Below, piece by piece: positions 25,714-37,149 of a stretch of DNA of 64,000 nucleotides. The position numbers and the translations under genes are program-made. Position 1 is the stretch's first letter; each line of letters begins with the position of its first letter. The stretch is from Lama glama (taxonomy: Eukaryota): assembly GCA_028534125.1 (NCBI GenBank), contig CM052818.1:17858001-17922000 (forward strand), in the 5' to 3' direction. Under the pieces are notes generated by a model. The model was not told where the DNA came from, searched no databases, and worked only from the letters and a program-made list of their open reading frames with translations.

Positions 25714-25918
25714 TAGGGGTTGGCAATCTGTAGCCTTTGGGCCAAATGTGGGCCACAGGCTGTTACTGTAAATAAAGATTTGATTGGAACACAGCTATGC
25801 CCATTCATTTACACATTGTCTGTGGCTAATTTTGTACTATAAAGGCAGAACAGAGTAGTGGCAACAGACACCATATGGTGTACAGAACTTCTTTATAGGA
25901 AAAGCGTGCCAACCCTTG
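25714..25918 (+). mobile_element. hAT-Charlie MER58A
   Basis: TIRs 'taggggttggcaa' / 'tgccaacccttg'; internal 'gtaaataaagatttgattggaacacagctatgcccattcatttac'. Flanks ctttaatg / ctctagag resemble a hAT 8-bp TSD. Confidence 0.92.
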
Positions 25919-26184
25919 CTCTAGAGGGTTTGGACAGGAAGGCAAAGAACTGAATGTTTTTCCCCTCAACTGAGGCAGTCATGTCATGTCTCCTTTTGCA
26001 TATTAGAGGCCATTCCCAGGCCAGAAATAAACTCCATTTTTTCTTAAAATAATTATTAGATATTGCATACAGGTCTCTAGGTCGTTATTGTATTATCTAT
26101 GTGTGGTGCTTCTAACCGAATTATTTTTGGTTAATAATTGAAACAGTATTCATCAGCTTAATAAGAAGAACTAGGGCGATCTTT

Positions 26185-26360
26185 TTTTTAATTGAAGTGT
26201 AGTCAGTTTACAATGCCGTGTCAACTTCTGGTGCAGAGCACACTGTGTCAGTCATTCATGAGCATACATATATTCATTTTCATGTTCTTTTTCACCATAA
26301 CTTACTACAAGATATTTAGTATAGTTCCCTGTGCTCTACAGAGGAAACTTGTTGTTTACC

Positions 26361-26403
<43 letters not shown>

Positions 26404-26618
26404 TTAGTATCTGCAAATCTGAAGTCCCAAATTATCCCTTCCCACCCTGTTTCCCCTGGTAACCACAAGTTTGTTTTCTCATCTGGGAGTCTGTTTGTTT
26501 TGTAAGTAAGTCCATTTGTGTCTTTTTTTTTTTTTTTTTAGTTTCCACCTATAAGTGATATACAGTATTTTTCTGTCTTTTTCTTACTGACTTCACTTAG
26601 AATGAGTCTCCAGTTCCA
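26185..26618 (-). mobile_element. 5'-truncated L1 3' end (camelid type) containing a (TA)n expansion
   Basis: 'ttttaattgaagtgtagtcagtttacaatg...' is closely similar to the L1 at 11513-12171; ends 'cttcacttagaatga'. Confidence 0.92.
26366..26400. repeat. (TA)n microsatellite within L1 3' UTR
   Basis: About 17 TA units. Confidence 0.95.
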
Positions 26619-26969
26619 TAGGATAATCTTTCTACTCAATGGATTTACAGCAAATTTAATGGAAAAGTTACTCTTTTGGTAGGAACTTCCACAGAAACAC
26701 TCATATTTCTGCTTCCTCTGAGCACTGAGGACAGAAGCCCACCTGGGCCTGTATTCCTACATGACAGCAGTTGTTTGGGGCTGAGTAGCTCTGGCCCCTT
26801 GAGCTGGACGTGCGCCTCCAGCAAGCCCGGGGCGCCAGCACACCTGCCACATGCGTTCCGGCCCCGCTGCGTTACTCCTGTGGGCAGCTCGGTGCAGGGT
26901 GAGCTCTGCAGCACTTGCTGACTGTGCACAGCGCTGCAAGTGCCAGGGCAAAACAGGTATTTTAGAGCT

Positions 26970-27051
26970 CCTCTCTCTTCTCTCCTCTCTCCGAGTCAAA
27001 CCTAGGACCTCAGGCATGCTAGTCAAACCCTCTACCACTGAGCTAACCCTC
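26970..27051 (-). mobile_element. tRNA(Ala)-derived short SINE (camelid Vic-1-like)
   Basis: Minus strand reads gagggttagctcagtggtagagggtttgactagcatgcctgaggtcctaggtttgactcgg: A box TAGCTCAGTGG, AGC anticodon-like loop, degenerate B box GGTTTGACTC, then a GA-rich tail. Confidence 0.8.
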
Positions 27052-27424
27052 GCTCTAGCTACCTTACTTTCCCCCAGGCTCAGCTTTATCTGCCTCAGGT
27101 CAGGGAGTCTGCTGGGTTCCCGGGCCCTCATTTAGCCCTTTAACTGCTATAGTGCTGATACCCTATACTAGTATTGCTTTCACATAGACAGAAACGCAAA
27201 TTAATACATAGTCAGAAGCAGAATTAGGGTTTCTTAAGAAGTTGGGGGAATCAGTTGTTACTGTGATGTAGGAAATTTGATTCTATTGTTATTTTGCTTT
27301 ATTTGCCTTCATCCCCAAGTACTTCATGTTGAAGACTCATTCAGAGCTCCTGTCCTTCCAGTAATCTTGCATGAGTTCACACTTGAATTATTTCCCTAAC
27401 TGTCTGTATTTGGAGATACGACTA

Positions 27425-27518
27425 TGTAGGACTAAGTAAGTTACTGTTATATGTATTTTCCAAACAGAAATTGTAGGACTAAGTAAGTTGTTGATATATG
27501 TATTTTCCAAACAGAAAT
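27425..27518 (+). repeat. Tandem duplication, 2 x 47 bp
   Basis: tgtaggactaagtaagttactgttatatgtattttccaaacagaaat / tgtaggactaagtaagttgttgatatatgtattttccaaacagaaat (3 mismatches). Confidence 0.97.
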
Positions 27519-29302
27519 TTCACACATTTTCTGTAACAACTCATTTTAGGAAGAACAAGAAATCAAGAATAATTATGTCTACTTTGGGAATTTAATAACC
27601 ATATAAAGTTGTCTAGTCAGCACACAGTAGCTACTCCAAAATGTAGTAATTAAATTTATGATTACCATTTCTGCTCATTCTTTTTGGAAACTTAATTCTG
27701 TCATCCTGTACATTAGGTAGCCCGCAAATTTCGTAACTGTGCTTTGATTTGATGTTCATTCAAATAATTGATACAGATGTTAGGAAACAACAGAGGCAAG
27801 ATTGAGAACTTGATATAACAAACACTTCATTCTAGGTTGAAATCTATTCATTAATAAATCATTGGCACATAAATATTCAACCACCTATGGATCAGCAAAA
27901 TCTGGTAATTATTTCACTCTATAATGCCTGCAAGATATTAAGAGACCTTTTGTCCAGTACTGTGCTGAAATACACACGGATGTGCATACACAAATACACA
28001 GACACAACAAACATGGGAGTACTCGTACCTTCTTTAAGATAAAATACCAAACCATTCTAGCTTGGTCTGTGAACCTGTGTCAACTCCTGGTAATTGCCAA
28101 TTTGGGCACTAATTACTCACATAAAATTTGTTTATCTAGCTCTTCAATATATTTCTTCATTTCAGTCATTTACTAGTTTTATCTGTTTGAAAATTTGAAA
28201 GATGTTTTCTCATCTGATTTCTGTTATGATGCCTTGAATTCATCTGTGACCACATCATCAACGTCTGCTGTCTAACAGGATTCCAATTCATAGAGGCCTA
28301 CAGATTTAAGTTAACTCAAGGGAGCTTATTACTCTTATCACTTGCATATTTTAATCAACATTCTTTCAGTTTTTCAGGTTGAAGCTATTTCCCTTGTTCA
28401 CTACAATGATGGTAATATATCATTACTATATCAAGATAACCTATTCCACATCCAATATGGAGAAACCCCTCCCATGATTCTCAAAGAGCAGGATTTTGTC
28501 TTCTTTCTTACCAATACTTATTTATCTGCTTTCTGCTTACGTGTATATTCCTAGAATCTGTATATTGAACTAAGTCTTTGAAACCTTTTGCCTTATCTTA
28601 TAATTATACTGTGCAACCATGTAGATCTCTTGCTGCACAAGTTATCTTAGAGTAATGAATGAAATGCTAGTTGATGAAACCTGTTGTGAAATATTACGGA
28701 TAAAACCAACTAGGTCTAGTTACATAAATGTGATTATGTTCACAGATGTCCTGGCTTTTGAACATTAGGATGGCTCTTTCACTTTCAAAGAAGGTGGGTC
28801 CTAGTCAGCAGACTTTTGCATATTCCATCACCACGTGCAGTGTGTCTCTCACTCTGTTTGAAGATAATAGCAAATACACATATCCATTTTCTACCATCTT
28901 GAGTCAAGTGGACCCTGAGTATGGGGATGACAGTGTTTCCTCTTCAGTGCTGCTTGTTGAGTTCATTGAAACCAGGAGTTTTTTTCCTGCTACACTTATT
29001 CCACAGACACACACATAACCTGTGCATTGTTAAAGACAGAGGAGGCCAAAGAGTAATCCCAGTTAATTTTCCCCATACAGGTAGATTAGACAGTTGTCTG
29101 GAGTTAAGAGATTATCCCATGGGTTAAATATTAATGCACTATTAAAATGGTATTTGTATAACCGCTCTATAGACATTTTGGTATTGGCTTCCCTCTGTAA
29201 GTACCAAAGGCAAACAGTGTACCCGTTAAGTTTCTAAATTTCTCCAGACTTTAATCCCATAGGGGAGAGTCCTTTAGCAGGGAGAGTCTCTCAGCAAGTC
29301 CC

Positions 29303-29676
29303 TTTCTTAATCTTGTCCTTTGGCTGTGGTAAGAAAATGCAATAAACTGGCTTAAACAACAGAACTTTATTTTCTGATCATTCTGGTGGCTAGACAGTCC
29401 AAGATCAAGGTCTGTCGTGGTTAAGTTTCTGATGAAAGCTCTCTTTCCGGCTTGCAGATGGCTTCTTCCTCACTGTGGCCTCTCCTCTGTGTGTACTCGG
29501 AGAACTGGAGCTCTGATGTCTCTCCTTACAAGGACACTAACCTACACATCAGTGCCCCACACTTAACGACCTCATTTAACTTTGAGTGCCTACTGTCCCT
29601 GTCTCCAGATGCAGCCCCACTGGAGGTGAGGGCTTCAACATACGAATTTGGGGAGGATCCGGTTCCATCCACAGCA
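29303..29676 (-). mobile_element. ERVL-MaLR solo LTR (MLT1A/A0-like)
   Basis: 'ggcttaaacaacagaactttatttt...agtccaagatcaaggt...ggcttgcagatggc...agggcttcaacatacgaatttgggg...ccacagca'. Confidence 0.9.
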
Positions 29677-29939
29677 AGGCTTATGCACTGTTTTATGGTA
29701 TCAGAGTAAATGACTACTTCAGTGATTGCAGTCTATTCAGCACTGAGTCCTCCATAAAATTGGGTCTGCAGTGTAAGCCCATTGCCAAGTATCAAATGAG
29801 AGGGCACAGTTTGGTGCACACAGGGGTAGGTGAGCGCTGGGGAAGCTTGCTTGCTTTTCCACCTCATGTAGCATGGACTGGGTTCAGGGCAGGCTGCCAC
29901 AGAATGTGCCACTTTGGCAACTGGATTATTTCGAGGTGA

Positions 29940-30337
29940 AGGTAGGGCCCAATAGAATCAAGAGCTTTTTACCTCTCCCTTAACTGCCTAAAATAATTTA
30001 GATAGGAGACTTGTACCAGGAAGGAACTATTACCAGAAATAACTTGTGACATCAGGAAGGTTTATCTGAATGATGTGGCATAACATTTTTTAACCGCACA
30101 TTTGTTTGTCCCAGGTTCCTGTGAACTGTCTTCCTCCCCTTTGAAGTCCCAGACCCCTTCCTCCTCTTACAAGCCTCCATGATCTTGACTATCAGAGAGC
30201 CTCATATCTTTGGAATTCTAGTGCATATGAAATGAAATTTGTTTTTCTCCCATTAGTCTGTCTTATGTCAGTTTAATTATTATACCAGCCAAAGAACCTA
30301 GGAGGGCAGAAGGGAAAAGTTTCCCTGCCCCCCTCCA
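29940..30337 (+). mobile_element. ERV1 solo LTR (MER34/MER4-group-like)
   Basis: 3' end 'ttttctcccattagtctgtcttatgtcagtttaattattataccagccaaagaacctaggagggcagaagggaaaagtttccctgccccc..ca' is characteristic of this LTR group. Confidence 0.8.
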
Positions 30338-30351
30338 GTGTGTATTATTTT

Positions 30352-30371
30352 GTGTGTGTGTGTGTGTGTGT
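30352..30371. repeat. (TG)n microsatellite
   Basis: About 10 TG units. Confidence 0.9.
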
Positions 30372-30855
30372 ATAGTTAGATTCAACTTGCTGAAGTTTTG
30401 TTTTGAATTTTGTATTTATGCCCACAAGGTGTACTGATCTTTAGCTTTCTTTGGTTTTGTTGTTAAGGTGGTGTGTCTCATAGAATGAACTGAGGTGTAT
30501 TCTCTGTTCTGCAGTTTCCTGGAAGAGTTTGTGTAGTATTAGTATTACTTTTTCCTTAAATATTTGCTAGAAACCATTTAGGCAGCCATCTGGTCTTGGC
30601 GTTATCTTGAGGGAAGGGTTTAAATTACAAATTTAATTCCATTGGTAGACAAAGGGTTATTCAATTTATCTGTTTCCTCTTGAGTCAGCTTTAGTAGTTT
30701 GTGTGCAAGGGATTTTTCCATTTGATCTAAATTGTTGAATTAACTGGCACAAAGCTGTTCATAAAATGTCATTATTTCAGTAACTGAAGATGCTAATGAT
30801 TTCCCTCTCTCAGATTATATTCATAAGTTGTGTTTTTCCTCTTTTTTCCTTGTTA
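30372..30855 (-). mobile_element. Old L1 (L1M) ORF2 remnant running into the gap
   Basis: 'ctcatagaatgaactgagg...ttcctggaagagtttgtgtagtattagtattac...gccatctggtcttgg...tcctcttgagtcagctttagtagtttgtg' is antisense L1M ORF2. Confidence 0.85.
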
Positions 30856-31355
30856 NNNNNNNNNNNNNNNNNNNNNNNNNNNNNNNNNNNNNNNNNNNNN
30901 NNNNNNNNNNNNNNNNNNNNNNNNNNNNNNNNNNNNNNNNNNNNNNNNNNNNNNNNNNNNNNNNNNNNNNNNNNNNNNNNNNNNNNNNNNNNNNNNNNNN
31001 NNNNNNNNNNNNNNNNNNNNNNNNNNNNNNNNNNNNNNNNNNNNNNNNNNNNNNNNNNNNNNNNNNNNNNNNNNNNNNNNNNNNNNNNNNNNNNNNNNNN
31101 NNNNNNNNNNNNNNNNNNNNNNNNNNNNNNNNNNNNNNNNNNNNNNNNNNNNNNNNNNNNNNNNNNNNNNNNNNNNNNNNNNNNNNNNNNNNNNNNNNNN
31201 NNNNNNNNNNNNNNNNNNNNNNNNNNNNNNNNNNNNNNNNNNNNNNNNNNNNNNNNNNNNNNNNNNNNNNNNNNNNNNNNNNNNNNNNNNNNNNNNNNNN
31301 NNNNNNNNNNNNNNNNNNNNNNNNNNNNNNNNNNNNNNNNNNNNNNNNNNNNNNN
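30856..31355. other. Assembly gap (500 N)
   Basis: Run of exactly 500 N. Confidence 1.
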
Positions 31356-32066
31356 TAATACTCAGCCCTTCTCTTAAATATAGACATGATGAGTAACAGG
31401 CAAACCAAGGGTCACCCAGCACACACAAGGATCAGTTTCAACTTCGAAAAAATTTAAAAAGCAAGAGATTATGCAAAAAGTTCCTTGAGCATCAGTAATG
31501 CCAAAATGATTTTACAGCTTGTAGGAAACTCATCTAATTGTGGCTTAACAGCAACTAAGACTGGTAGGGGCTCCACTCGATAACAAGTGTTCCCCTGGTC
31601 TTGCTTTAGAAACCACTGAAGGCATAGCTTATTAAGGAATTAGACCCTGACTAGGTGAGCACTACAAAGCTCAGCAGTCACTGCATGATGAAACAGTTAT
31701 TTTCATGTAGTTGTTGGCAAAGCCAGTAAATCAAAGAATTTGGGAGATGATGCACGGAGGCTGGCACACTGACCGCCTCGTGCATTTACACTACATAATT
31801 TGAGATGAACGGTGTCCATCGGGAACCTGAAAAGACCGCAGAACTCAGAAGTAGGCATGTAGCTGGTGTGAGCAAGAGTAATACCCCTGTCTGCACTTTG
31901 TGTGATAGCTGAGTTGCATTTAGGGAAAGATTTATAAAGTCCTCCTGAGAGGGCTCTCCAGAATTTATGCACAGTAATGCTTCTTGTAGGTGACCTACCA
32001 CTGACCCCCTAAAACATGCACATGCACACCCCTCCACACACCTGTGCTCACACACCATACCCATGT

Positions 32067-32088
32067 ACACACACACACACACACACAC
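32067..32088. repeat. (CA)n microsatellite
   Basis: About 11 AC units, preceded by degenerate CA-rich sequence. Confidence 0.9.
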
Positions 32089-33559
32089 CGTGTATGTTTT
32101 GATACTATTTCCCCAGTAATAACAGCTCTTGGTAATTTTGGAGATATTTTAATATTTTAATGTGGAAAATATTAACTGGGCACTTGATTTACGGCCAGTG
32201 TTGATGTTATCCATGCTCTCCCGCCTTGCTAGAGCCCCTAGGTTAGCAATGGGGGAGGTTCACGAGGCTTACTGGCCATGTGATGGATGAAACATTTCCA
32301 CCATTTAAATTCTGCTTCTACAAAGTAGTGGTATTTTCTTCATGGAATCTAAAAGAAAATGAGCTACCCCTTTTGCAGCACTGGTCAGTGAATGTGACTC
32401 TGCAAGAGAGTTCTCCAAAAGCATTTGATGCAGCTACTCCACAGGACATGGCCTGATTCAAATGCTTAACCCCCAAGGTGCAACCTGCCTTTCTGGTATT
32501 CGGGGTCTAGTCCAGGTGTTGTCATTCTAAGTCTTCAGAAAAAGCCTTTCCAAAAATCTCACTTGAAAAGAAAATTGCTACCTCCACGAAGAAAATACAA
32601 AAGGTCCTTTATAAAACAGCTGCATGGGAGGCTTACCTGATCCATGGTCTTTTTTTCTCAAGCTCAAACTGAAATAGATACAGCCACTAGACCGGAGGAT
32701 GAGAAAATGTGCTTACATGGTTCACAGCTGGTATTTTAAAATGCTCAGTCCTTTAATCCCCAAGCCAGCACCCTCACCAACAAAAAATAACAATACCAGC
32801 AAAAACTCTACGTATTATGTAAACAACTTGCTTGATTTCACTGGAAGATGGTCCAGTCCATGGGTTTTTATACACTGAATGTCCAGCACAGCAGCACTGG
32901 ATCAACAACAGGCAGACTGAGCCAGTGATTAAGGTATAAACAGTTCAGAGATATCAAAAAAAAGGCATTTTTTTAATGTAAATATTTTAGATTTCGAAAG
33001 AAATTATCACAGGAAATTTCAAACCTGTTTTTGATTTTTCTTAAATTAAAAAAATACTAAGCTATGAAATACAAGTATCATTGACTTTGTCCCATAAATT
33101 CCTCAGGGTTTAGGTGCCCTTAATTTAATATGATCCTCTTACACATCACAGTGAACGTTGTAGGTCCTTCTTTGCAATTATGCACAAATATCAAATCTAG
33201 GCTCAATGAACTGTGCTTCAATCCACTGCCTCACGAGCCTCTGCCTCCCTGTTCTGTTCTCTCTTGCATCCTTGACTGCCCTCATAGACACACCATACTT
33301 CCCTCACAGGCTTGATCACACTCCAGTTGCTTAAGTGAATGTGAGTTTCTTCTCTGCAAGAGTCCCCCTTAACATCATACTTAAAAATTCCAAAAGTTAT
33401 CCCCTATTTTAAAACATCTTACTGGATTGATCAGGTAAAGCACAACTTTGCTGTGTCCAAACCCATCCTCATTATGAGTAACTACATAAGTATAGCAGTG
33501 CAAGTGACAGGTGGTATATTACGGGCAGCAACAGTGTGGAGTGGGAATAGAAAAGGAGC

Positions 33560-34020
33560 ATTTATCAGTAAGGACCCTTGATGTAAGAACAGAAACTGAC
33601 TCTGGCTTGCTTTAGGGGGAAAACTATTGGAAAGACAAGGGGAAGGGGCCAAAGAACTAGGTTTGAAAACTGGGCAGGAATCAAGCAAGCAAAGACCATG
33701 TTGTAGAACAAAATCTAGTCTGCCAGCCATTGCACTCCTTACATTCAGTCTGTGAACTGATTTCTTTGCATCCCTCACTCAAAATTCAAAGTGCCGTGAG
33801 CTCCATCAGTGTTAGAGCATGTACTTGTCCGTGGGTTGTAGGGCGTGGGGACAAAGAAAATTTGGCTTGCTAACGTCAAGTTTTAAGAAGGGGAGCCCAT
33901 AGTGAGAAGTGGGCATTGAGACTCCGTCTCCCCAAAATACTGTGCACTGTGCTAAATTCCCAAAAGGGAGCCCAGGCTGCTAATGAAAAGCGGGTGGGTT
34001 GGACGGTGATCAGCTAAGAA
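33560..34020 (-). mobile_element. Possible old MaLR LTR (MLT1K/L-like)
   Basis: Starts 'gtaaggacccttgatgtaagaacagaaactgactctggcttgcttta', like the recalled MLT1K antisense start. The remainder is very diverged. Confidence 0.4.
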
Positions 34021-34059
34021 ATGAACAAACGTCTGCTTACAAAATCTAGGTCAGTCTTC

Positions 34060-34420
34060 TTGGTTAGAGAAAAGACCTAAAAGGAATATTTCCAAAGAAG
34101 TATCTGAAAGATAAGTCGGAGCTTTCTAACTAAAGAAAATGAAGAATATTTTAAGTGGAAAACATACTCTATGTGCAGAGACATAGAAAGTAGAAAGCCC
34201 CACACTTTCAGTAACAGGAATATTTTTGCTACAGTTAGACTGTAGTCTGTATGTGGAACAGTTAGAGATGCAGCTGGAGAAAGAAATTGGATGGCAGAGA
34301 TAAAATATTACATGTATTATTTTGGCAATGTGAAGTCCACAAAGGATTTCAAGCCAGGGCTTGCCAAGATCAGATTTGTGTTCCAGAATGATTACTTGGG
34401 CCTCAGTGAAGAAGATGAGT
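34060..34420 (-). mobile_element. L2 remnant
   Basis: 'aaaggatttcaagccagggcttgccaagatcagatttgtgttccagaatgattactt'. Confidence 0.65.
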
Positions 34421-34624
34421 TTTGGTGACTCTCTCAAATTGAATCTTGTTTCTTGAGGTTGTGGGGCAGATGCTAGAAATGACGACTTCATGTCCATTTT
34501 ACAGTTTATATTAACTCTCTGAGTTCTTTGTGTCACTCTCAAACTTGCCTTTCTGATTAGTTGCAAACCTTCTGATATTAACATTCAAAGACCTTATTGA
34601 GTATCAAGTATTGTTTTGAGTATT

Positions 34625-35155
34625 ATATTTGTGTTCTACTGCTGCTGAGTACAGTCCCCCACACATAGTGGTTTCAAACAATACACATGTATTATCTCAT
34701 AGTTCTGTCTGGGGAAGGCAGAGGGAGAGTCTGGTTAGAGGTCTGACAGGGATCTCACTGGGCTAAAACCAAAGTATGGGCTCAGCTGTGCTCCGTCTAA
34801 GGCTCTAGGGAGAACTGTGTCCTTGCCTTTTCCAGCACAGAGATGGCTTGCATTCTGCAGCTCATGGTCCCCCTCCTTCGTCTTCAAAGCCAGCAGTGTC
34901 TGGTTGAGTTCTCACATTGCATCACTTGGACTCTGCTTCTGTCACTGCATTTCTTCCTCTGACTCTGTTTTCTACTTTTCAGGACCTTTCTGATTATCTT
35001 TCATTATTGGGTACACCCAGTGTAATCTTCCTATTTTAACATCAGCTAATTAGCAACCTTAATCCCATCCTCCACCTTAATTCTGTGTAAAAGAACATCT
35101 TCACTGGTTCTGGGGGATTAGGGCGTGGCTACCTTTCCAGGGCCATAATTACCAC
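34625..35155 (-). mobile_element. ERVL-MaLR solo LTR (MLT1D-like)
   Basis: 'tattatctcatagttctgt...ctcactgggctaaaaccaaag...ggctctagggagaa...ccttgccttttccagc...tcttcaaagccagca...tcagctaattagcaaccttaatcccatc...ggattagggcgtgg'. Confidence 0.88.
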
Positions 35156-36264
35156 TTGCTGAACAGCCTCCCAACCACAGTCTCGGAATTGCCATGGTAC
35201 AACCACAGGACTCCACCTCTGCTTTCCCATAGTTGAGGATTCAGGCTGTGTTATGTCCATTATGCTGGATGGAAGTTTGTCTGCTCCCAGGTCTGTTTCT
35301 CTTTGCCTGTGTCCCTGTCATCCCAGTCCTCATCGCCTAGATCTCTTGAGGAGGTGCAGAATACTGACATAAAATCCTTCAAAATTACAAGTGATTTACT
35401 CTTACTGAAAGAAAAGCGTTCTCATTCATTTCTCACACCAAAGCTCTGAACTGCCTTTTCTTACCACTCCTCTGTTGCCAGTTCCCAGATGGAACTAAGA
35501 AGCTAAGGGGGAAGCTAATAAAACTTCAGCCCAGGCCCCTTGTCTTCACACCAGTGTATCTGCCACGCTCCCACTGGAACAGCTCCTCTGTGGGATGTGC
35601 CGCAGAGCTCACGTATTAACATCACTCCCTCACAGAATTCTTGTGATTCACAAAGGAGTCCCATCATGTACTATCTGCATGCTCCAAACCCCATCTGAGC
35701 TCCTTGCACCATCGGTAATCCTCTCTCTGCGGCCGGAGCCCCCACGGGCCTGTCTCCCCCCGCATGCCCACTTCTGCAGGTGAGCAGGCTTGTTCTGGCT
35801 CTGGCCGTGCTCTCTTGCTCTTTGGATGGGAGGGAGGAAGAGAGAGATGAAGGGAGGGGGAGCAGGCCCGCTCAGAGGTGCAGAAGGCTTTAGTGCCCTT
35901 CTCTCAGAGATACCTGCTGTTTCGCTTTTGTTGAAATCACCACCAGCCTGGCAGTATCAACTTGCAATCTACAGTCACAATCAGATCACACTCTTGTTTC
36001 CTGGGATTCTGAGAGGGACTGAGGCTTCCGAAAGTTATAAATACACCGCTTTACAAACTGAACTAGCTGCCCAGGGAGAAACCCCCTGCAATTAGCAACA
36101 GGACCCTGTGCTGATTAGATACAGGCTTTCAGAGCATGTGCTGTCGGGGGTTTATCATATGTCCCCTTCCCATCCTGAAATCACTCTGTAAATAGCACAG
36201 AAGACATGAGATACAAGTGAGATCCTTCTTAATGACCCCACTTGAAAATGATACTTGTCAAGTA

Positions 36265-36440
36265 TTTTAAAAGTTTCAGATTCCTTTAAATATGTATATG
36301 ATTTTATTCAGCTCTCACAGCATTCTGTGAAGCAGCAAGGCAGCTCTAAGTATCCCTTTTCAGAGGTGAAGATGTTGAGGCCCGTCTTTACACGGCTAGT
36401 GAGTGGGAGAATCAAGGCTAGAATTCAAGACCCAGGTTCC
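36265..36440 (-). mobile_element. MIR remnant
   Basis: 'ttttattcagctctcacagcattctgtgaag...tatcccttttcagaggtgaagatgttgaggc...acacggctagtgagtgg...agaattcaagacccagg'. Confidence 0.75.
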
Positions 36441-37038
36441 ACTTTGTTGGGCTGCACCCCGCAGGCCTGCAAGCCCTGTACTTGCCCAGCTTCAAGACCG
36501 AGGAAGGGGCCTGGAGTCAGTGACAGAGACATCAGTGGATTAATGGATGCAGGATCTTACACGTCTGAAGTGAGGTCCTGCAGGGACACCCCACCGTGTG
36601 TGGCAGAAGGCAGTTATAGAGGGAGCTGACATCAGGTTGGCCCATTTGGTTACCAGGGAAACGAGCAGAGGAGCTCGCCCCTTACTGCCCATTTGATATG
36701 CTATCATGGTGGAGATGTTCTGATGTAAAGATCAGAGTGAGCACAAGCTGGGGCTGGGGGCAAGTATGTAGGCATTTACTGATCAGGCTCTGTGAGCAGG
36801 AGAGCAGGTCAGTCGTGTGAGTCATGCAGGCGAGGCAAGCACTGCTCAACTGGGATGGACAAAGAGCAAGAAAACCGCCATCCTGGGTGGCCTGACCGCA
36901 CACAATTCACCTCTCATCTCCCTGTGCCAGACTGTTCTCAGCATCAGCTACTCACTTTCTCTTTTACTGCCTTTCCCACCTCATTGGAAGGTGGCTTGAA
37001 GGAACTGAAGTGACAACAGAATCCAAATCTGAGAGCTG

Positions 37039-37149
37039 TATAGGTATGCACATGTATGAATGAAACATTATGCCATACTCCAGAAATGGACACACCACTG
37101 TGCACTGACTATACTTCAATTTAAACAATAGCAAAAAATAAATAAAAAA
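37039..37149 (+). mobile_element. Short L1 3' terminal fragment (camelid type) with A-rich tail
   Basis: 'catgtatgaatgaaacattatgccatactccagaaatggacac...ctgactatacttcaatttaaa' is homologous to 7420-7494. Confidence 0.88.

Noticed and set aside
26991..27051. Functional tRNA-Ala gene
   Set aside because: No acceptor-stem 3' strand, degenerate B box and mismatched anticodon stem; better explained as a SINE.
27425..27518. CRISPR-like repeat array
   Set aside because: Only two directly adjacent units with no spacers, in mammalian DNA, with no cas genes.
30790..31428. Long 176-195 aa ORFs in the ORF track
   Set aside because: Artefacts of translating through the 500-N assembly gap; the same applies to the ORFs at 10605-10840.
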